Shown piece by piece: positions 36,419 to 45,944 of a stretch of DNA of 64,000 bases. Position numbers and translations under genes: made by a program. Under the pieces are notes generated by a model. The model did no database searches and was not told where the DNA came from. It was given only the letters and a program-made list of their open reading frames with translations. Numbering within the stretch: position 1 is the first letter of the stretch; each line of letters opens with the position of its first letter. This DNA is from Myxococcota bacterium (GTDB taxonomy: Bacteria; Myxococcota_A; UBA9160; JAFDET01): contig JANQFA010000079.1 in the NCBI GenBank assembly GCA_028278065.1, forward strand, positions 252 to 64,251, given 5' to 3'.

Positions 36419-37132
36419 ATGTCCGATCGCGCAACCATCCTGCTGGTCGACGACGCCCCGATCTTCCTGGAGATCGAGTGTCTCTTCCTCGCTCGCACGG
36501 CACGCATCCTGACCGCCACGAGTGGTGTCGAAGCCATGGAGCTGGCGCGCCGCGAGCACCCGGCGCTGATGCTGGTGGACGCGATCATGCCCGGGATGGA
36601 CGGCCTCGACGTGTGCCGGGCCGTCCGCGACGACACGACCCTCGAGAACACCCGGGTGTTGATCGTCTCCTCGAGCGACGCTGCCGAGGACCGGGCCGCG
36701 GCGATCCGGGCCGGCGCCGACGACGTGCTGCGAAAGCCCGTGAGCCGGGTCGAGCTGATCCAGGCGGTCACCCGCTTCATCAAGTACGCGCAGGTGCGCG
36801 GCCTGCCTCGGGTGCCGTTCCGCGGACGGGTCCGCGTCGACGACGGTCACACCGACTGGACCGGCCAGGCCCGCAACCTGTCGCGCGGCGGGATCTTCGT
36901 CGAGGGCGCCAAGGAGATCAATCCGCAGAGCGAGGTGACCCTCGAGTTCGATCTGCCCGACGCCCGGCAGGGCATCCGCCCCACCGCCGAGGTGGTGTGG
37001 GTGGAGCGCGAGCAAGGCGAGCCGCAGGGCATGGGCCTCCGCTTCGTGGGGCTGGACGGAGTCAGCTCGAGACTGATCGACACCTGGGTGCACGAACGGA
37101 CGTGCCTCCCCAGTGCGAGGGGGACGATGTGA
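36419..37132 (+). CDS. response-regulator receiver + PilZ domain protein
   Basis: 237 aa. ILLVDDAP...DAIMPGMDG...KP is a REC domain. The C-terminal RVPFRGRVRV...NLSRGGIFV is PilZ-like (RxxxR / DxSxxG context). Confidence 0.85.
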   Translation: MSDRATILLVDDAPIFLEIECLFLARTARILTATSGVEAMELARREHPALMLVDAIMPGMDGLDVCRAVRDDTTLENTRVLIVSSSDAAEDRAAAIRAGADDVLRKPVSRVELIQAVTRFIKYAQVRGLPRVPFRGRVRVDDGHTDWTGQARNLSRGGIFVEGAKEINPQSEVTLEFDLPDARQGIRPTAEVVWVEREQGEPQGMGLRFVGLDGVSSRLIDTWVHERTCLPSARGTM

Positions 37133-37509
37133 GGCGTCTGCAGCTTGTTCTTTGCGCGGGGATCCTGGCGGGTGCGCTCTCTGCAGCGGCCCCGACCGCG
37201 GCTCAGCCCGCCGCCCTGGAAGGCGCGCCCGGTGCGGTCCCGGAGGCCGAGCAGGAGGCCTACTGGCGCGCGCGCGCCGACGAGGCACGCCAGCGCGTCG
37301 CCATGGCCCGGGAGCGGGTCGCCGAGGCCGAGGAGAGCTACGGGAAGATGCGCCACCGGAACCGGCAGCGCGGGGAGCCCCGAGCGATCGTCAGCGACGA
37401 GCGGGCCGCGGCACACGCGGAGCTGGAAGCGGCTCTCAAGTACCTCGAGGAGGAGCTCCCCGAGGAGGCGCGGCGCGCGGGCGCCCTACCCGGCTGGCTG
37501 CGCGAGTAG
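37129..37509 (+). CDS. secreted coiled-coil hypothetical protein
   Basis: The GTG at 37129 overlaps the REC-PilZ stop (ATGTGA). Sequence VRRLQLVLCAGILAGALSAAAPTAA (signal peptide). Confidence 0.5.
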   Translation: MRRLQLVLCAGILAGALSAAAPTAAQPAALEGAPGAVPEAEQEAYWRARADEARQRVAMARERVAEAEESYGKMRHRNRQRGEPRAIVSDERAAAHAELEAALKYLEEELPEEARRAGALPGWLRE

Positions 37510-37531
37510 GGCACCCCGAGAGGCCTGGGCC

Positions 37532-38116
37532 TCAGTAGCGCTCGCCGGCTTCGATCTCCGACTCGGTCTTGAAGGTCGGCTTGCGCGTGTGCAGCGGGCG
37601 CACCACCGCGATCACCTCGTCACCCTGGCGGATGACGGTGTTGCGGCGCGTGTTCGAGGCCCCCTCCGGCTTGGCCAGGACGTCTTCGACGATCACCGGC
37701 CCCCCGCTGTTCCGCCCGCCTCCGGACGGCACGTCGATGATCGGCTGCCCGCGGCTGTCGAGCCGCACGGTCACGCCCGGCGCTCCGGCCGCGACCTGAC
37801 TGGCCGCGAGGGTCTCGGCGAGGCGCTGGTTGCGCTTGCGCAGCGAGTCCAGGCGGCGCTCCATCTCCGCGGCGTGGCGCGCGATGGCCTCGTCGTCCTG
37901 CGGCGTATAGCGCGCGTGCTCGGAGAGGTTGCCGCTCTGCCGGGTCTCCACCCGATCCCGGTAGCGCTCGGGCACCCGCCGCAGATCGTCGGCGAACGCG
38001 TAGCCGCCGTCGTCCGTGCGCCAGGCGTAGATGGTTCCGGCACCTGCAGGAGCCGCCAGGGCCACCGAGAGCGCCGCTCCCGCGATCGTCCGTCCAAGAA
38101 TGCTGATCCGCTTCAT
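37532..38116 (-). CDS. secreted DUF4124-like protein
   Basis: Track ORF 37532..38152 trimmed to the ATG at 38116 (MKRISILG...). After the signal peptide it reads TIYAWRTDDGGYAFADD, typical of the DUF4124 N-terminus. Confidence 0.6.
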   Translation of the reverse strand: MKRISILGRTIAGAALSVALAAPAGAGTIYAWRTDDGGYAFADDLRRVPERYRDRVETRQSGNLSEHARYTPQDDEAIARHAAEMERRLDSLRKRNQRLAETLAASQVAAGAPGVTVRLDSRGQPIIDVPSGGGRNSGGPVIVEDVLAKPEGASNTRRNTVIRQGDEVIAVVRPLHTRKPTFKTESEIEAGERY

Positions 38117-38252
38117 CTCTGCTCTACCTCCGGAAGCCCCGTCGGGTCCCACGTGAGGAGAGTGCCGGGGCCGCCCGGGGAGGTGACGATCGCCAGCTCC
38201 CGGAGGCGGGGAGCGCCCCAGCAGGCGAGCGGCAGCCTCCCGGCAGCCCCGC

Positions 38253-38280
38253 TTGACAGCGCGGCGCGAGCCAATAGATT
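38253..38280 (+). promoter_or_regulatory. sigma-70-type promoter for tRNA-fMet
   Basis: Perfect -35 TTGACA (38253-38258), a 16-nt spacer and -10 TAGATT (38275-38280). The tRNA starts at 38301. Confidence 0.55.
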
Positions 38281-38300
38281 TTCGGGCCTACCGGATTTGA

Positions 38301-38377
<77 letters not shown>

Positions 38378-38381
38378 CACG

Positions 38382-38419
38382 GACTGGCAGCTCTGAGGGA
38401 CGCCTCGGAGCTGCCAGTC
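38382..38419 (+). terminator. hairpin terminator after the tRNA
   Basis: Perfect 12-bp inverted repeat GACTGGCAGCTC (38382-38393) / GAGCTGCCAGTC (38408-38419), followed by GCATTTC. Confidence 0.6.
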
Positions 38420-38487
38420 GCATTTCGGGCTCCAGGTGCGCGGTGCACTCCCGGCGGGCGGCTTCGGCGTCTCCCGCTTTCGCGACG

Positions 38488-38856
38488 CTAGCGCCCCGTG
38501 ACCGCCGCCACGATGTCGCCAGCGCTGTCGATTGCATAGAACGAGACGCGGGCGTTCTTCTTCCCCCCCTTCGTCACGGTCACGACGCAGAAGCGCGCCG
38601 TCGAGTTGGTGGTGTTGTTGTCCCTGGTTGTCCTGGGCGCGAGACTGAAGCTGATCGCGTCTATGACCGTGCCGGCGACGTTGAGAAGCTCGATCGTCCC
38701 GACGAGAGTCTTCTTGGCCGATGCATTGACGACGCGGCACTCGAGAGCACCGGAGTCGGGGGTCTCCAGTCCCGCTGTCACGATCTCCGCTGCTGCGCGG
38801 GCGGTACCGGACAGCCCGAACACGACGCACCCGATGACGATGAGCCTGGTCACCAC
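38488..38856 (-). CDS. small secreted protein P1 (paralog of P2)
   Basis: Track ORF 38488..39000 trimmed to the GTG at 38856 (AAGGAG 7 nt upstream). 122 aa with a signal peptide, two conserved Cys and the KGGKKNARV motif. Confidence 0.6.
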   Translation of the reverse strand: MVTRLIVIGCVVFGLSGTARAAAEIVTAGLETPDSGALECRVVNASAKKTLVGTIELLNVAGTVIDAISFSLAPRTTRDNNTTNSTARFCVVTVTKGGKKNARVSFYAIDSAGDIVAAVTGR

Positions 38857-39097
38857 TGCTCTTCTCCTTCCAACGCAACGGGCTGGGAGTGCACACAGCC
38901 CCGATGCTTCGCAGCTTGGTCCAGGAGCGCGCTCGAAGTCAATCGAGCCGCTCGTCCCGGTTGGAAGGACCGTCAGCCTGGCCGTCGGAACGTGGGGCAA
39001 TTCGTCTCAAGGCGCTCGCGGGTTGCTCGACGGGTTCCGCGGGCGCTGGCGGGGCGCGTTCGTGATGCTTGGGGGACCCAACGAACTGGGGGTTCCC

Positions 39098-39472
39098 GTG
39101 AAACGTCTCGCCGCCCTTGTCTCTCTTCTCTCCGTCCTCGCCCTCGCCAGCGACGCCGCGGCCGGGCCGCGGATCGTGACGTCGAGGCTGACTCCGCCGC
39201 CCGACGGAAGCCTGGTCTGCGCGGCGCTCAACGCCTCGACCAGGAAGGAGGTGCAGGTATCCATCGTGATCTACACGTTCGATGGAGAAGTCGCCAACGG
39301 GCCGTATGCCGTGGCCATCCCGCCGAATCAGAGCGTCGCGTATCCAACGAGCAACGACAACGCCCGGCACTGCGTGGTCGATGTCTTGAAGGGCGGCAAG
39401 AAGAACGTCCGTGTCACGGTGGAAGCCCGAGACGTCAGCGGGACCCTCATCGCAGCGTTGCAGAGTCCGTAG
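39098..39472 (+). CDS. small secreted protein P2 (paralog of P1)
   Basis: GTG at 39098 inside track ORF 38606..39472. 124 aa. Aligns with P1: C..(L/V)NAS..K, AR.CVV.V.KGGKKN.RV, G..IAA. Confidence 0.6.
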   Translation: MKRLAALVSLLSVLALASDAAAGPRIVTSRLTPPPDGSLVCAALNASTRKEVQVSIVIYTFDGEVANGPYAVAIPPNQSVAYPTSNDNARHCVVDVLKGGKKNVRVTVEARDVSGTLIAALQSP

Positions 39473-39578
39473 CCTCGCACTCGATCACTCCAACCCTGTC
39501 GTGGCGGGGCCTGTCCGAGCCCGCGGACAGCCGGGCCGAGCTCGTGTCATGCTTGGGGAAACTCAGCAGGAGGTTCCC

Positions 39579-39881
39579 GTGACGCGACTCGCGACCACTC
39601 TCTCGGCTCTGGTCATTCTCTTCGCGGCTGCGCCCAGCAGCGCGGGGATGAACGAGGCACAAGTGCGGAAGCTCTGGGCGAAGGTCGCGAAGGCGCTCGG
39701 GGAGAAGCCGAAGCTCGTGTGCGTCTGTCTCGCGGACGACCCGGACGAGTACAAGATGGGCTTCGTCTACCGCTGGCAGAACGACCCCTCGAAGGCGGGG
39801 TGCTTCCTTCCCGAGTTCCTGGACGGTGAGATCGACTCCCACGGTCTCTGCAACGGGCCATTCGAGGTGCTCAGGAAGTAG
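39579..39881 (+). CDS. small secreted Cys-containing protein P3
   Basis: GTG at 39579 (AGGAGG upstream) inside track ORF 39411..39881. 100 aa with a signal peptide ending SSAG and 4-5 Cys. Confidence 0.55.
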   Translation: MTRLATTLSALVILFAAAPSSAGMNEAQVRKLWAKVAKALGEKPKLVCVCLADDPDEYKMGFVYRWQNDPSKAGCFLPEFLDGEIDSHGLCNGPFEVLRK

Positions 39882-39919
39882 CCCTCCGCTCGTCACCCCC
39901 CGATCGAAGCCGCGCTGCT

Positions 39920-41542
39920 TCACGGTCCCGGATCCGTCCCGCGCGGCGCGCGCTTCGCCACGAACTGCCCCCTACCCCGCCGATCGGCCGGGATGCCCCG
40001 GTCGCGGACGACGGTGCCTCCGAAGACGGTCCACACGACGTCGTTTCCGAGCTCGATCTCGACCCGGAGCGAGCCCTGCTCGGGCTCGTCGAGGGTGAAG
40101 CCCAGACCCTCCCCGCGGCAGCCGACCTGGAGCTTGCCTGCGAAGAGCTGCGCGCTGTTGCACGGACCGTGCGAACGGTCGCGGTCCCGGTAGGAGTACC
40201 TCTGGGTGCCGGCCTGCCCCCGGAGACTCCAGCCCGCGGGAGGAAGCGCCACCCTTGCCGTCTCCCCCGTGGTGGGGCTCCCCACCTCGACGACCATCCC
40301 GGCCTGGCGAGGATCGCCCGCGCTGCCCGGAAGCGGCGCCCGGATCGCCGGATCCCGGGATGCGAACGAGAGGCTGCGACGCGCGGGATCCAGCCCGTCG
40401 CGCAGCAGCAGCCTGTCGCCCGAGACCGGCGTGCGGACAGGACGTCCGGCGAGAAGCGCGTCGCGCACCGCGAAGTACGCCGGCTTGGGCTCGAAGGCGG
40501 AGTCGAAGAGCAGCGGCGCCGGGTCCACATAGGGGAGCGGGAACCAGAACGGGCCGTCCTCGATGCCCCAGACGAGGATGTCGCTGCACCTCGGCACCGC
40601 CAGGCACACCTCGACGGCGCGGCGGTAGTTGCCCGCCTGGTACTCGAAGCGGCCGGGACGCGCCGGGTCGACCGGGTTGTCGAGCTCGGAGATCCAGACA
40701 TCGACGCCCAGGTCGGCGACGCGACGCAGGGTCGCCTGGTAGAGGTCCCAGTCGGGCTCCCGGCCGGCGATCTCCGTCAGCATCAGGTGGGTCTGGAAGC
40801 CCACCGAGTCGATCGGGATCCCTCGCTGGACCAGGTCGGCGACGAGCGCGACGAGGCCCTCCGCCTTCTCGGGGAAGTACTCCACGAAGTTCTCGTTGAG
40901 CACGAGCCTCACGTGGTCGGGGGCGGCGGCGTCGACGATCTCGAAGAGCTCCGCGATGTAGTCCGGCCCCAGCACCTGGAAGAAGTGGTTCTCGTAGGGC
41001 TCGGAGCTCCCTCCCAGCGTCGGAAGCGGCTCGTTGATCACGTTGATCCGGTCGAGGTCGGGATAGCGCTCGAAGATCACCTCGGCCCGCTCGCGCAGGA
41101 GCGCGCGAAGCTCGTCGGGGTCCTCGACCGCCCGCACCCAGTCGGGCAGATCGTCGAGGAAGAGCTGCTCCCACGCGAAGTGGAAGGCCATCGATCGCAG
41201 GCCGCTCTCGCGGTGGAACGCGTGGATCGCGTCGGCCTGCTCGAACGACCAGCGATCCCGCTCGGGCCAGATGGTCTGCCACGAGAACGCGTGGTTGACC
41301 CCGATGTTCGCCTCTGCGAGAAGCAGCTCGCGAGGGCGCCCTCCGGGCCGCCCGCTCGCGAGCCCCACCCCGACGCCGGCGATCTGCCCGGCCTCCCGGA
41401 GCCTGCAATCGTCGGGGTCCGCGCACACGTCTGCCGGCGTGAGTGTCCCGCCCGCCCCGGCTGCGACGGACGCCCCGATCCCGGCCAGGACCGCGGCCAC
41501 GATGGCGAGAAGCCGTCTGATGTCGCCAGCTGAACTACTCAT
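39920..41542 (-). CDS. glycoside hydrolase family 10 (xylanase-like) with uncharacterised roughly 190 aa C-terminal domain
   Basis: 540 aa. Signal peptide. GH10-type motifs INVINEP (acid/base), GFQTHL and VWISELD (nucleophile). Confidence 0.8.
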   Translation of the reverse strand: MSSSAGDIRRLLAIVAAVLAGIGASVAAGAGGTLTPADVCADPDDCRLREAGQIAGVGVGLASGRPGGRPRELLLAEANIGVNHAFSWQTIWPERDRWSFEQADAIHAFHRESGLRSMAFHFAWEQLFLDDLPDWVRAVEDPDELRALLRERAEVIFERYPDLDRINVINEPLPTLGGSSEPYENHFFQVLGPDYIAELFEIVDAAAPDHVRLVLNENFVEYFPEKAEGLVALVADLVQRGIPIDSVGFQTHLMLTEIAGREPDWDLYQATLRRVADLGVDVWISELDNPVDPARPGRFEYQAGNYRRAVEVCLAVPRCSDILVWGIEDGPFWFPLPYVDPAPLLFDSAFEPKPAYFAVRDALLAGRPVRTPVSGDRLLLRDGLDPARRSLSFASRDPAIRAPLPGSAGDPRQAGMVVEVGSPTTGETARVALPPAGWSLRGQAGTQRYSYRDRDRSHGPCNSAQLFAGKLQVGCRGEGLGFTLDEPEQGSLRVEIELGNDVVWTVFGGTVVRDRGIPADRRGRGQFVAKRAPRGTDPGP

Positions 41543-41613
41543 CGGGGACGCGTGCGGCGCCGGCTCGACGGCCCTGTGGCCGTCTGCCCTCGGGCGTCCC
41601 CATTAGAGACGAT

Positions 41614-41649
41614 CGCTCCCCTGCGGTCAACCGCGCTCCGCGGGGAGCG
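41614..41649 (+). other. strong hairpin in the GH10 / 7TM divergent intergenic region
   Basis: CGCTCCCCTGCGG (41614-41626) pairs with CCGCGGGGAGCG (41638-41649): 12 bp with one bulge. Confidence 0.5.
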
Positions 41650-41749
41650 GGAACTCGCTCCTCAAACTCGCTCCTCAGGTAGGGGAGCGGAGTGGTCGAT
41701 ACGGCGAGCCGGCACGGCTCCCCGCAATCGCATCCCCCGCGGAGCAGGT

Positions 41750-42532
41750 ATGGGCATCGAAGCGCTGCAGGCGGTCTCGGGCACGATCTACCTTCTGACC
41801 ATCACCGCCGTCGGTCTGCGCATGCTGCAGCTCTCGCGCCGCACCGGGAAGCGTCCGGAGCTCCTCATCGGCCTCTCGCTCCTGCTCGGTGGAACCGTGG
41901 GCGCAACGCTCGAGGCGGCCGGGATGGGAGCCGGACAGGGCGAGCTCGGCCCGGCCGCCGCGGGAAGGCTGCTCTTCGCAGGCAAGCTCTTCGTCGCCGC
42001 ATCGCTCGTCTGTCAGTGCCTCTTCATCCGCACCGTGTTCCGGCCCGGCGAAGCCTGGTCGGCGGCACTGGTGTCCGGCATCCTGGCGATCCCCGCGGTC
42101 GCCTTCGCCGGCTTCGCCGCGAGCGGCACCTTCGCGACGGGCGAGCTCCCCCTGACGTGGTTCTCGGTCGAGCTGGTGGGGCGCGTCGCCGCATCGATCT
42201 GGCTCGTCGCCGAGGCTCTCCGCTACTACGCGATGATGAAGAAGCGGCTGGCACTCGGGCTCGCGGACCCGGTCGTGACCAACCGCTTCCTGCTCTGGGC
42301 GTTCGCTGGCCTCGGCGGGATCGTCCTCATGCTCACCTCGGTCCCGCCGGCACTCTTCCCCGGAAACCAGTCGCTCCTGATGTCGCTGGATCTCCTGGTC
42401 TTCGCGTGCTTCGGCTGCGCGATCTCGATCGCCTACGGCCTGGCCTTCTTCCCGCCCGCCCGCTACCTGGACTGGCTCGACGGCGGGAGCGAGGCCCCGG
42501 GTCACGCCGACCGCGGACTGCGAGGCGCCTAG
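41750..42532 (+). CDS. multi-pass (about 7 TM) membrane protein, hypothetical
   Basis: ATG at 41750 (GGAGCAGGT upstream) inside track ORF 41552..42532. Confidence 0.6.
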   Translation: MGIEALQAVSGTIYLLTITAVGLRMLQLSRRTGKRPELLIGLSLLLGGTVGATLEAAGMGAGQGELGPAAAGRLLFAGKLFVAASLVCQCLFIRTVFRPGEAWSAALVSGILAIPAVAFAGFAASGTFATGELPLTWFSVELVGRVAASIWLVAEALRYYAMMKKRLALGLADPVVTNRFLLWAFAGLGGIVLMLTSVPPALFPGNQSLLMSLDLLVFACFGCAISIAYGLAFFPPARYLDWLDGGSEAPGHADRGLRGA

Positions 42533-42566
42533 GAGCCCACCCTTCCCGCCGCGGCGCGGCCGCGGC

Positions 42567-44507
42567 TCAGGGCGTGTACCAGATCGGCGACGTGTAGGCG
42601 CGCTCCTGGGTGGAGACGGGTGCACCCTCCGGAATGGGCACGCCGAAGCGGAAGGCGTCGTAGGTGGACCAGCGGGGCGTCGGGATCTCGATGACCCGCG
42701 CGTAGTAGAAGGCCTTCTGCGCGGCATCGAAGTCGGGATCCGTCCACACGGCCCCCAGCTCGGGGGAGCCGATCGTGTTGGTGTAGTTGGCGCGCGCGGC
42801 GTCGACGGTGTTTCCGACCGGCGGGAGCTTCCCGTCCGCGCGCGGCTTGCGGTCGCCGGACCAGGCCACGTCGTACACCTTCTCGTGGGTCTCGCCGTCG
42901 GCCGCCAGCCAGCCCTTCACCATCTGGATGCGGTCGAGGTTGCCCCCGATCGGATCCCGGATCGCGTACACCATGAAGCTCGGGGCGGCGGCACCCGCCT
43001 GCGCCGGAAGGTCGCCGCCCATGGGCACGCCCTTCTTGTAGCCGGCCAGGGCCGGGGTGCGGCTGTCCAGGTCCTTCTCCGTGAAGCCCCAGCCGCCGAA
43101 GAGGCGCACCACCATGCGACTGCCGGTGGTCGCATAGGTCTCGCGCCGCTCCATCGCGTCGAAGATGGCCTCGCGGGTGTTGCCGGTGGCCCAGACCGCG
43201 GCCAGACCGGAGGCGACCTGCTGCCATCCCATGATCGTTCCGTTCTCGTTCTCCATGAACGGGTGGGCCATGCGATCGGGCTTCGGCTCGGCGCCGCTGT
43301 GCTTGCCGAAGAAGTTGTCCTCCTGGGCCGTGGCCAGGGCCGTGTGGCTGTCGGTCGAGCCGATCTGTCCGAACTTGTAGGGATTGGTGCCGAGCCGTGC
43401 CTCCAGGGCCAGCCCGCGCTTCAGCGCCTCGCGCGCGTACTCGCCCGCCAGCATGTCGTTCGTCTTCGCCTCCGAGACGTCCAGGTTGCCGATGGCCCAG
43501 GTCTCGTAGTCGGCGAACTCGTCGTTCGGCGAGAGGAAGGGATGCGTCTCGCCGTCACCCTTGATCTGGGTGGTCTCGTAGAGGGGCTCCCACTTGCGGC
43601 GCTGGGTGACGTAGGTCTCGTCCAGCGCCGTCCCGTCCCACTGGGCCTCCAGCGGGAACATGATCCCGTTGGCGAGGTTGCCATTGTGGGCGATGGCGAG
43701 GACTTCTCCGCCCGTGGTCTCCTCGTAGCGGGTGAGCCACTTCCAGAGATCGCGGGGGTTGGTGCTGCCGAGGGGCGGCACCGTCGTGTAGGCGACCATC
43801 TGCGCGGCCTTGTCCGCGCCGTCCCGGTAGATCACCACGCGGTGCATGTTGTTGCCCTTCACGAGGGACGTCCACTCGAAGCCGATGAAGGCGGTGAAGT
43901 TGCCGGGGTCGTTGAAGCGCTCCGCCGCGTCGATCGTCTCCTGCCAGGCCGCCTTGTAGGGCTTGGAGTCGGGCGTGTACATGAGCCCGTCCGGGAACTG
44001 GCCCTGGGAGAACATCCCGATCAGCTCGAGGGCCACGCCGACGCCCTCGCCGGCCTGGATGCGGTCGTACCACTCCTTGCCCTTGGGCACGGCCATGATG
44101 TGCGGCGCGGCCGCATAGAGATCGGGGAAGAAGCCCATGTTGTCGGAGTGATCTGCGACCACCAGGAAGTCGAGCGGTCTCGAGAGCCGCACGGGCATCC
44201 CGGTGCTCGAGACGAGCTCCTCGCCTCGCGCGAAGCGATAGGCGTCCTCGAGCCCGAGGCGGTTGCCGAAGGCGCCGGCATCCATGGACATGCCGGTGTG
44301 CAGATGGGTATCCCCCCAGAGGACCCGGCTCGGCGCGTCGCCGTCGCCCACCTCGCGTGCGGCGTAGGGCGAGTAGCTGGTTCCCTCGTAGTCGTCCGAC
44401 AGGACGCGGCTCGCGTCCGGCGGCATCGGCATCTGCGCCGCGGCCGGAGCCGCCCCCAGTCCGAGCACCAGTGCGATCGACATGCTGACGGAACCCGTGA
44501 AGACCAT
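42567..44507 (-). CDS. DUF3604 domain protein (secreted PHP-like metal-dependent hydrolase)
   Basis: ATG at 44507 (GAGGAGGGAAGGG upstream) inside track ORF 42567..44636. Sequence [24 protein letters not shown]. Confidence 0.85.
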   Translation of the reverse strand: MVFTGSVSMSIALVLGLGAAPAAAQMPMPPDASRVLSDDYEGTSYSPYAAREVGDGDAPSRVLWGDTHLHTGMSMDAGAFGNRLGLEDAYRFARGEELVSSTGMPVRLSRPLDFLVVADHSDNMGFFPDLYAAAPHIMAVPKGKEWYDRIQAGEGVGVALELIGMFSQGQFPDGLMYTPDSKPYKAAWQETIDAAERFNDPGNFTAFIGFEWTSLVKGNNMHRVVIYRDGADKAAQMVAYTTVPPLGSTNPRDLWKWLTRYEETTGGEVLAIAHNGNLANGIMFPLEAQWDGTALDETYVTQRRKWEPLYETTQIKGDGETHPFLSPNDEFADYETWAIGNLDVSEAKTNDMLAGEYAREALKRGLALEARLGTNPYKFGQIGSTDSHTALATAQEDNFFGKHSGAEPKPDRMAHPFMENENGTIMGWQQVASGLAAVWATGNTREAIFDAMERRETYATTGSRMVVRLFGGWGFTEKDLDSRTPALAGYKKGVPMGGDLPAQAGAAAPSFMVYAIRDPIGGNLDRIQMVKGWLAADGETHEKVYDVAWSGDRKPRADGKLPPVGNTVDAARANYTNTIGSPELGAVWTDPDFDAAQKAFYYARVIEIPTPRWSTYDAFRFGVPIPEGAPVSTQERAYTSPIWYTP

Positions 44508-44649
44508 CCCTTCCCTCCTCGCTGGCGCTCGCGAGTCTAGCCGCGACCGAGGCCGCCGGCAGCGCGGATCCGCCTCGATCGGCGGGTCCACGGACTCGAA
44601 TGCGTCGGGTGACCTCGCTCGGGGAGCTCGCACCACGACCTTGCCGCGC

Positions 44650-44727
44650 TCACGCCGATGCGAAGCCGGCCGCGGTCACGGCGATGCGAAGCCGGCCGCG
44701 GTCACGGCGATGCGAAGCCGGCCTCGC
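44650..44727. repeat. 26-bp tandem repeat, 3 units, each containing the NUDIX gene's terminal codons and TGA
   Basis: TCACG[C/G]CGATGCGAAGCCGGCC at 44650, 44676 and 44702. The track shows three minus-strand ORFs ending at exactly these positions with tails ...AGFAS(A/P). Confidence 0.95.
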
Positions 44728-45199
44728 TCCGCGCGGCGAAGACGTCGCGCAGCATCGCGGGGGCCCACTCGGCGAGCGACAGGACCTGCCAGTCGTCCGC
44801 TCCCACCCAGCGCAACGCCGAGAGCTCTTCGTCGTCGGGCTGCTCGGCACCGCCCGTGGCTCGCGCCTCGAAGAGGGTGGCCACGAAGGCGATCGCGTCG
44901 CCGTTGGCGTAGGTCACCCTGCACAGAGGCCCGCCGTACACGCCGACGAGACGCACGATCTCGACCTCGAGCCCCGTCTCTTCGCGCGCCTCGCGTACCG
45001 CGGCGGCCGCCGGCTCCTCCAGCGGCTCCACTGCGCCGCCCGGCAGGAGCCAGCGTCCGTCCTCGTGATTCAGGCCGAGGAGCACGCGCCCGTCGCGGTC
45101 GCGGACCGCCAGCGCGACCGACGGAATCTCGATGAGATCGCGGCCTATCCGCGCGCGCAGCGAGCGGTAGTATTCGGACATCGGCATGGAGGCGCGCAT
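44702..45199 (-). CDS. NUDIX hydrolase
   Basis: Nudix box [24 protein letters not shown]. The start is ambiguous (ATG at 45199, 45187 or 45181). 45199 would overlap the divergent gene's start. Confidence 0.85.
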   Translation of the reverse strand: MRASMPMSEYYRSLRARIGRDLIEIPSVALAVRDRDGRVLLGLNHEDGRWLLPGGAVEPLEEPAAAAVREAREETGLEVEIVRLVGVYGGPLCRVTYANGDAIAFVATLFEARATGGAEQPDDEELSALRWVGADDWQVLSLAEWAPAMLRDVFAARSEAGFASP

Positions 45200-45941
45200 G
45201 GTACCTGGAATCCGCCGAGTCGCTCTCGGCTGCTGCCTGCTGTTGGCGACGGCCGGGGCTGCCCGCGCCCAGATCTCCGCACCGGGCCTGGGACTCGACC
45301 GGCCGGATCTCGGCGAGGCCTTCGTGTTCCGCTCCTCTCCGGACCTGCCGGGCTATCTGGGCTGGGCGATCCCCGGCCAGTTCCAGAGCCTGGGCCCGGC
45401 GTCCCCGGGCTACAGTCCCAGCGGTACGGTGCTCCTCGCCTTCCAGGGGGGCGCGGCCCCGGTCGGCGTCCCGCTGTCCGGTGTGCTGCCGGTCTTTCCC
45501 ATCCCGCCGCGGTCACCGTCGTCGGCCTCGTACCTGAACACCCTGCTGCCCCCGTTCGCCAGCGGCGCGTGGGTCCTCTTCGGCTACCCCGACGCGCTGA
45601 TCGTGAGCGCCTACCTCTACGAGCCGGACCAGGTGAAGCGCAAGCAGACCGCGCAGGGTCCGAGGTCGCTCCTCAAGCAGAAGGACTACGTCGCCTTGCG
45701 GGTCGGATCGTTCAGCCCGTCCTCCTACGTGCTGCAGCCCGCGACGACCGTCCTGGGGCCGATTCAGGGCTGCAAGGCGAGCGCCGACGTCAGGGGGAGC
45801 AGCTTCGGTGGCCCGACCCCGACGGTCAAGATGCAGGTGACCTGCCGGGGCGAGCTGGGCAGGAACCTGAAGCGCTTCGCAAAGGGGGCATTCGGCCTCC
45901 CCAAGCTGCAGATCAAGGGCGAGGTGGGGCCGATTCCGTAG
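45198..45941 (+). CDS. secreted hypothetical protein
   Basis: ATG at 45198 (GGAGG 5 nt upstream) within track ORF 45186..45941. Signal peptide ...[11 protein letters not shown]. Confidence 0.5.
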   Translation: MVPGIRRVALGCCLLLATAGAARAQISAPGLGLDRPDLGEAFVFRSSPDLPGYLGWAIPGQFQSLGPASPGYSPSGTVLLAFQGGAAPVGVPLSGVLPVFPIPPRSPSSASYLNTLLPPFASGAWVLFGYPDALIVSAYLYEPDQVKRKQTAQGPRSLLKQKDYVALRVGSFSPSSYVLQPATTVLGPIQGCKASADVRGSSFGGPTPTVKMQVTCRGELGRNLKRFAKGAFGLPKLQIKGEVGPIP

Positions 45942-45944
45942 CCC

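Noticed and set aside
38378-39919. The tRNA-fMet-adjacent islet as an integrated prophage or integrative element
   Set aside because: There are no integrase, excisionase, phage or conjugation genes. I found no direct repeat of the tRNA 3' end that would mark an attR. It is reported only as a compositionally distinct islet.
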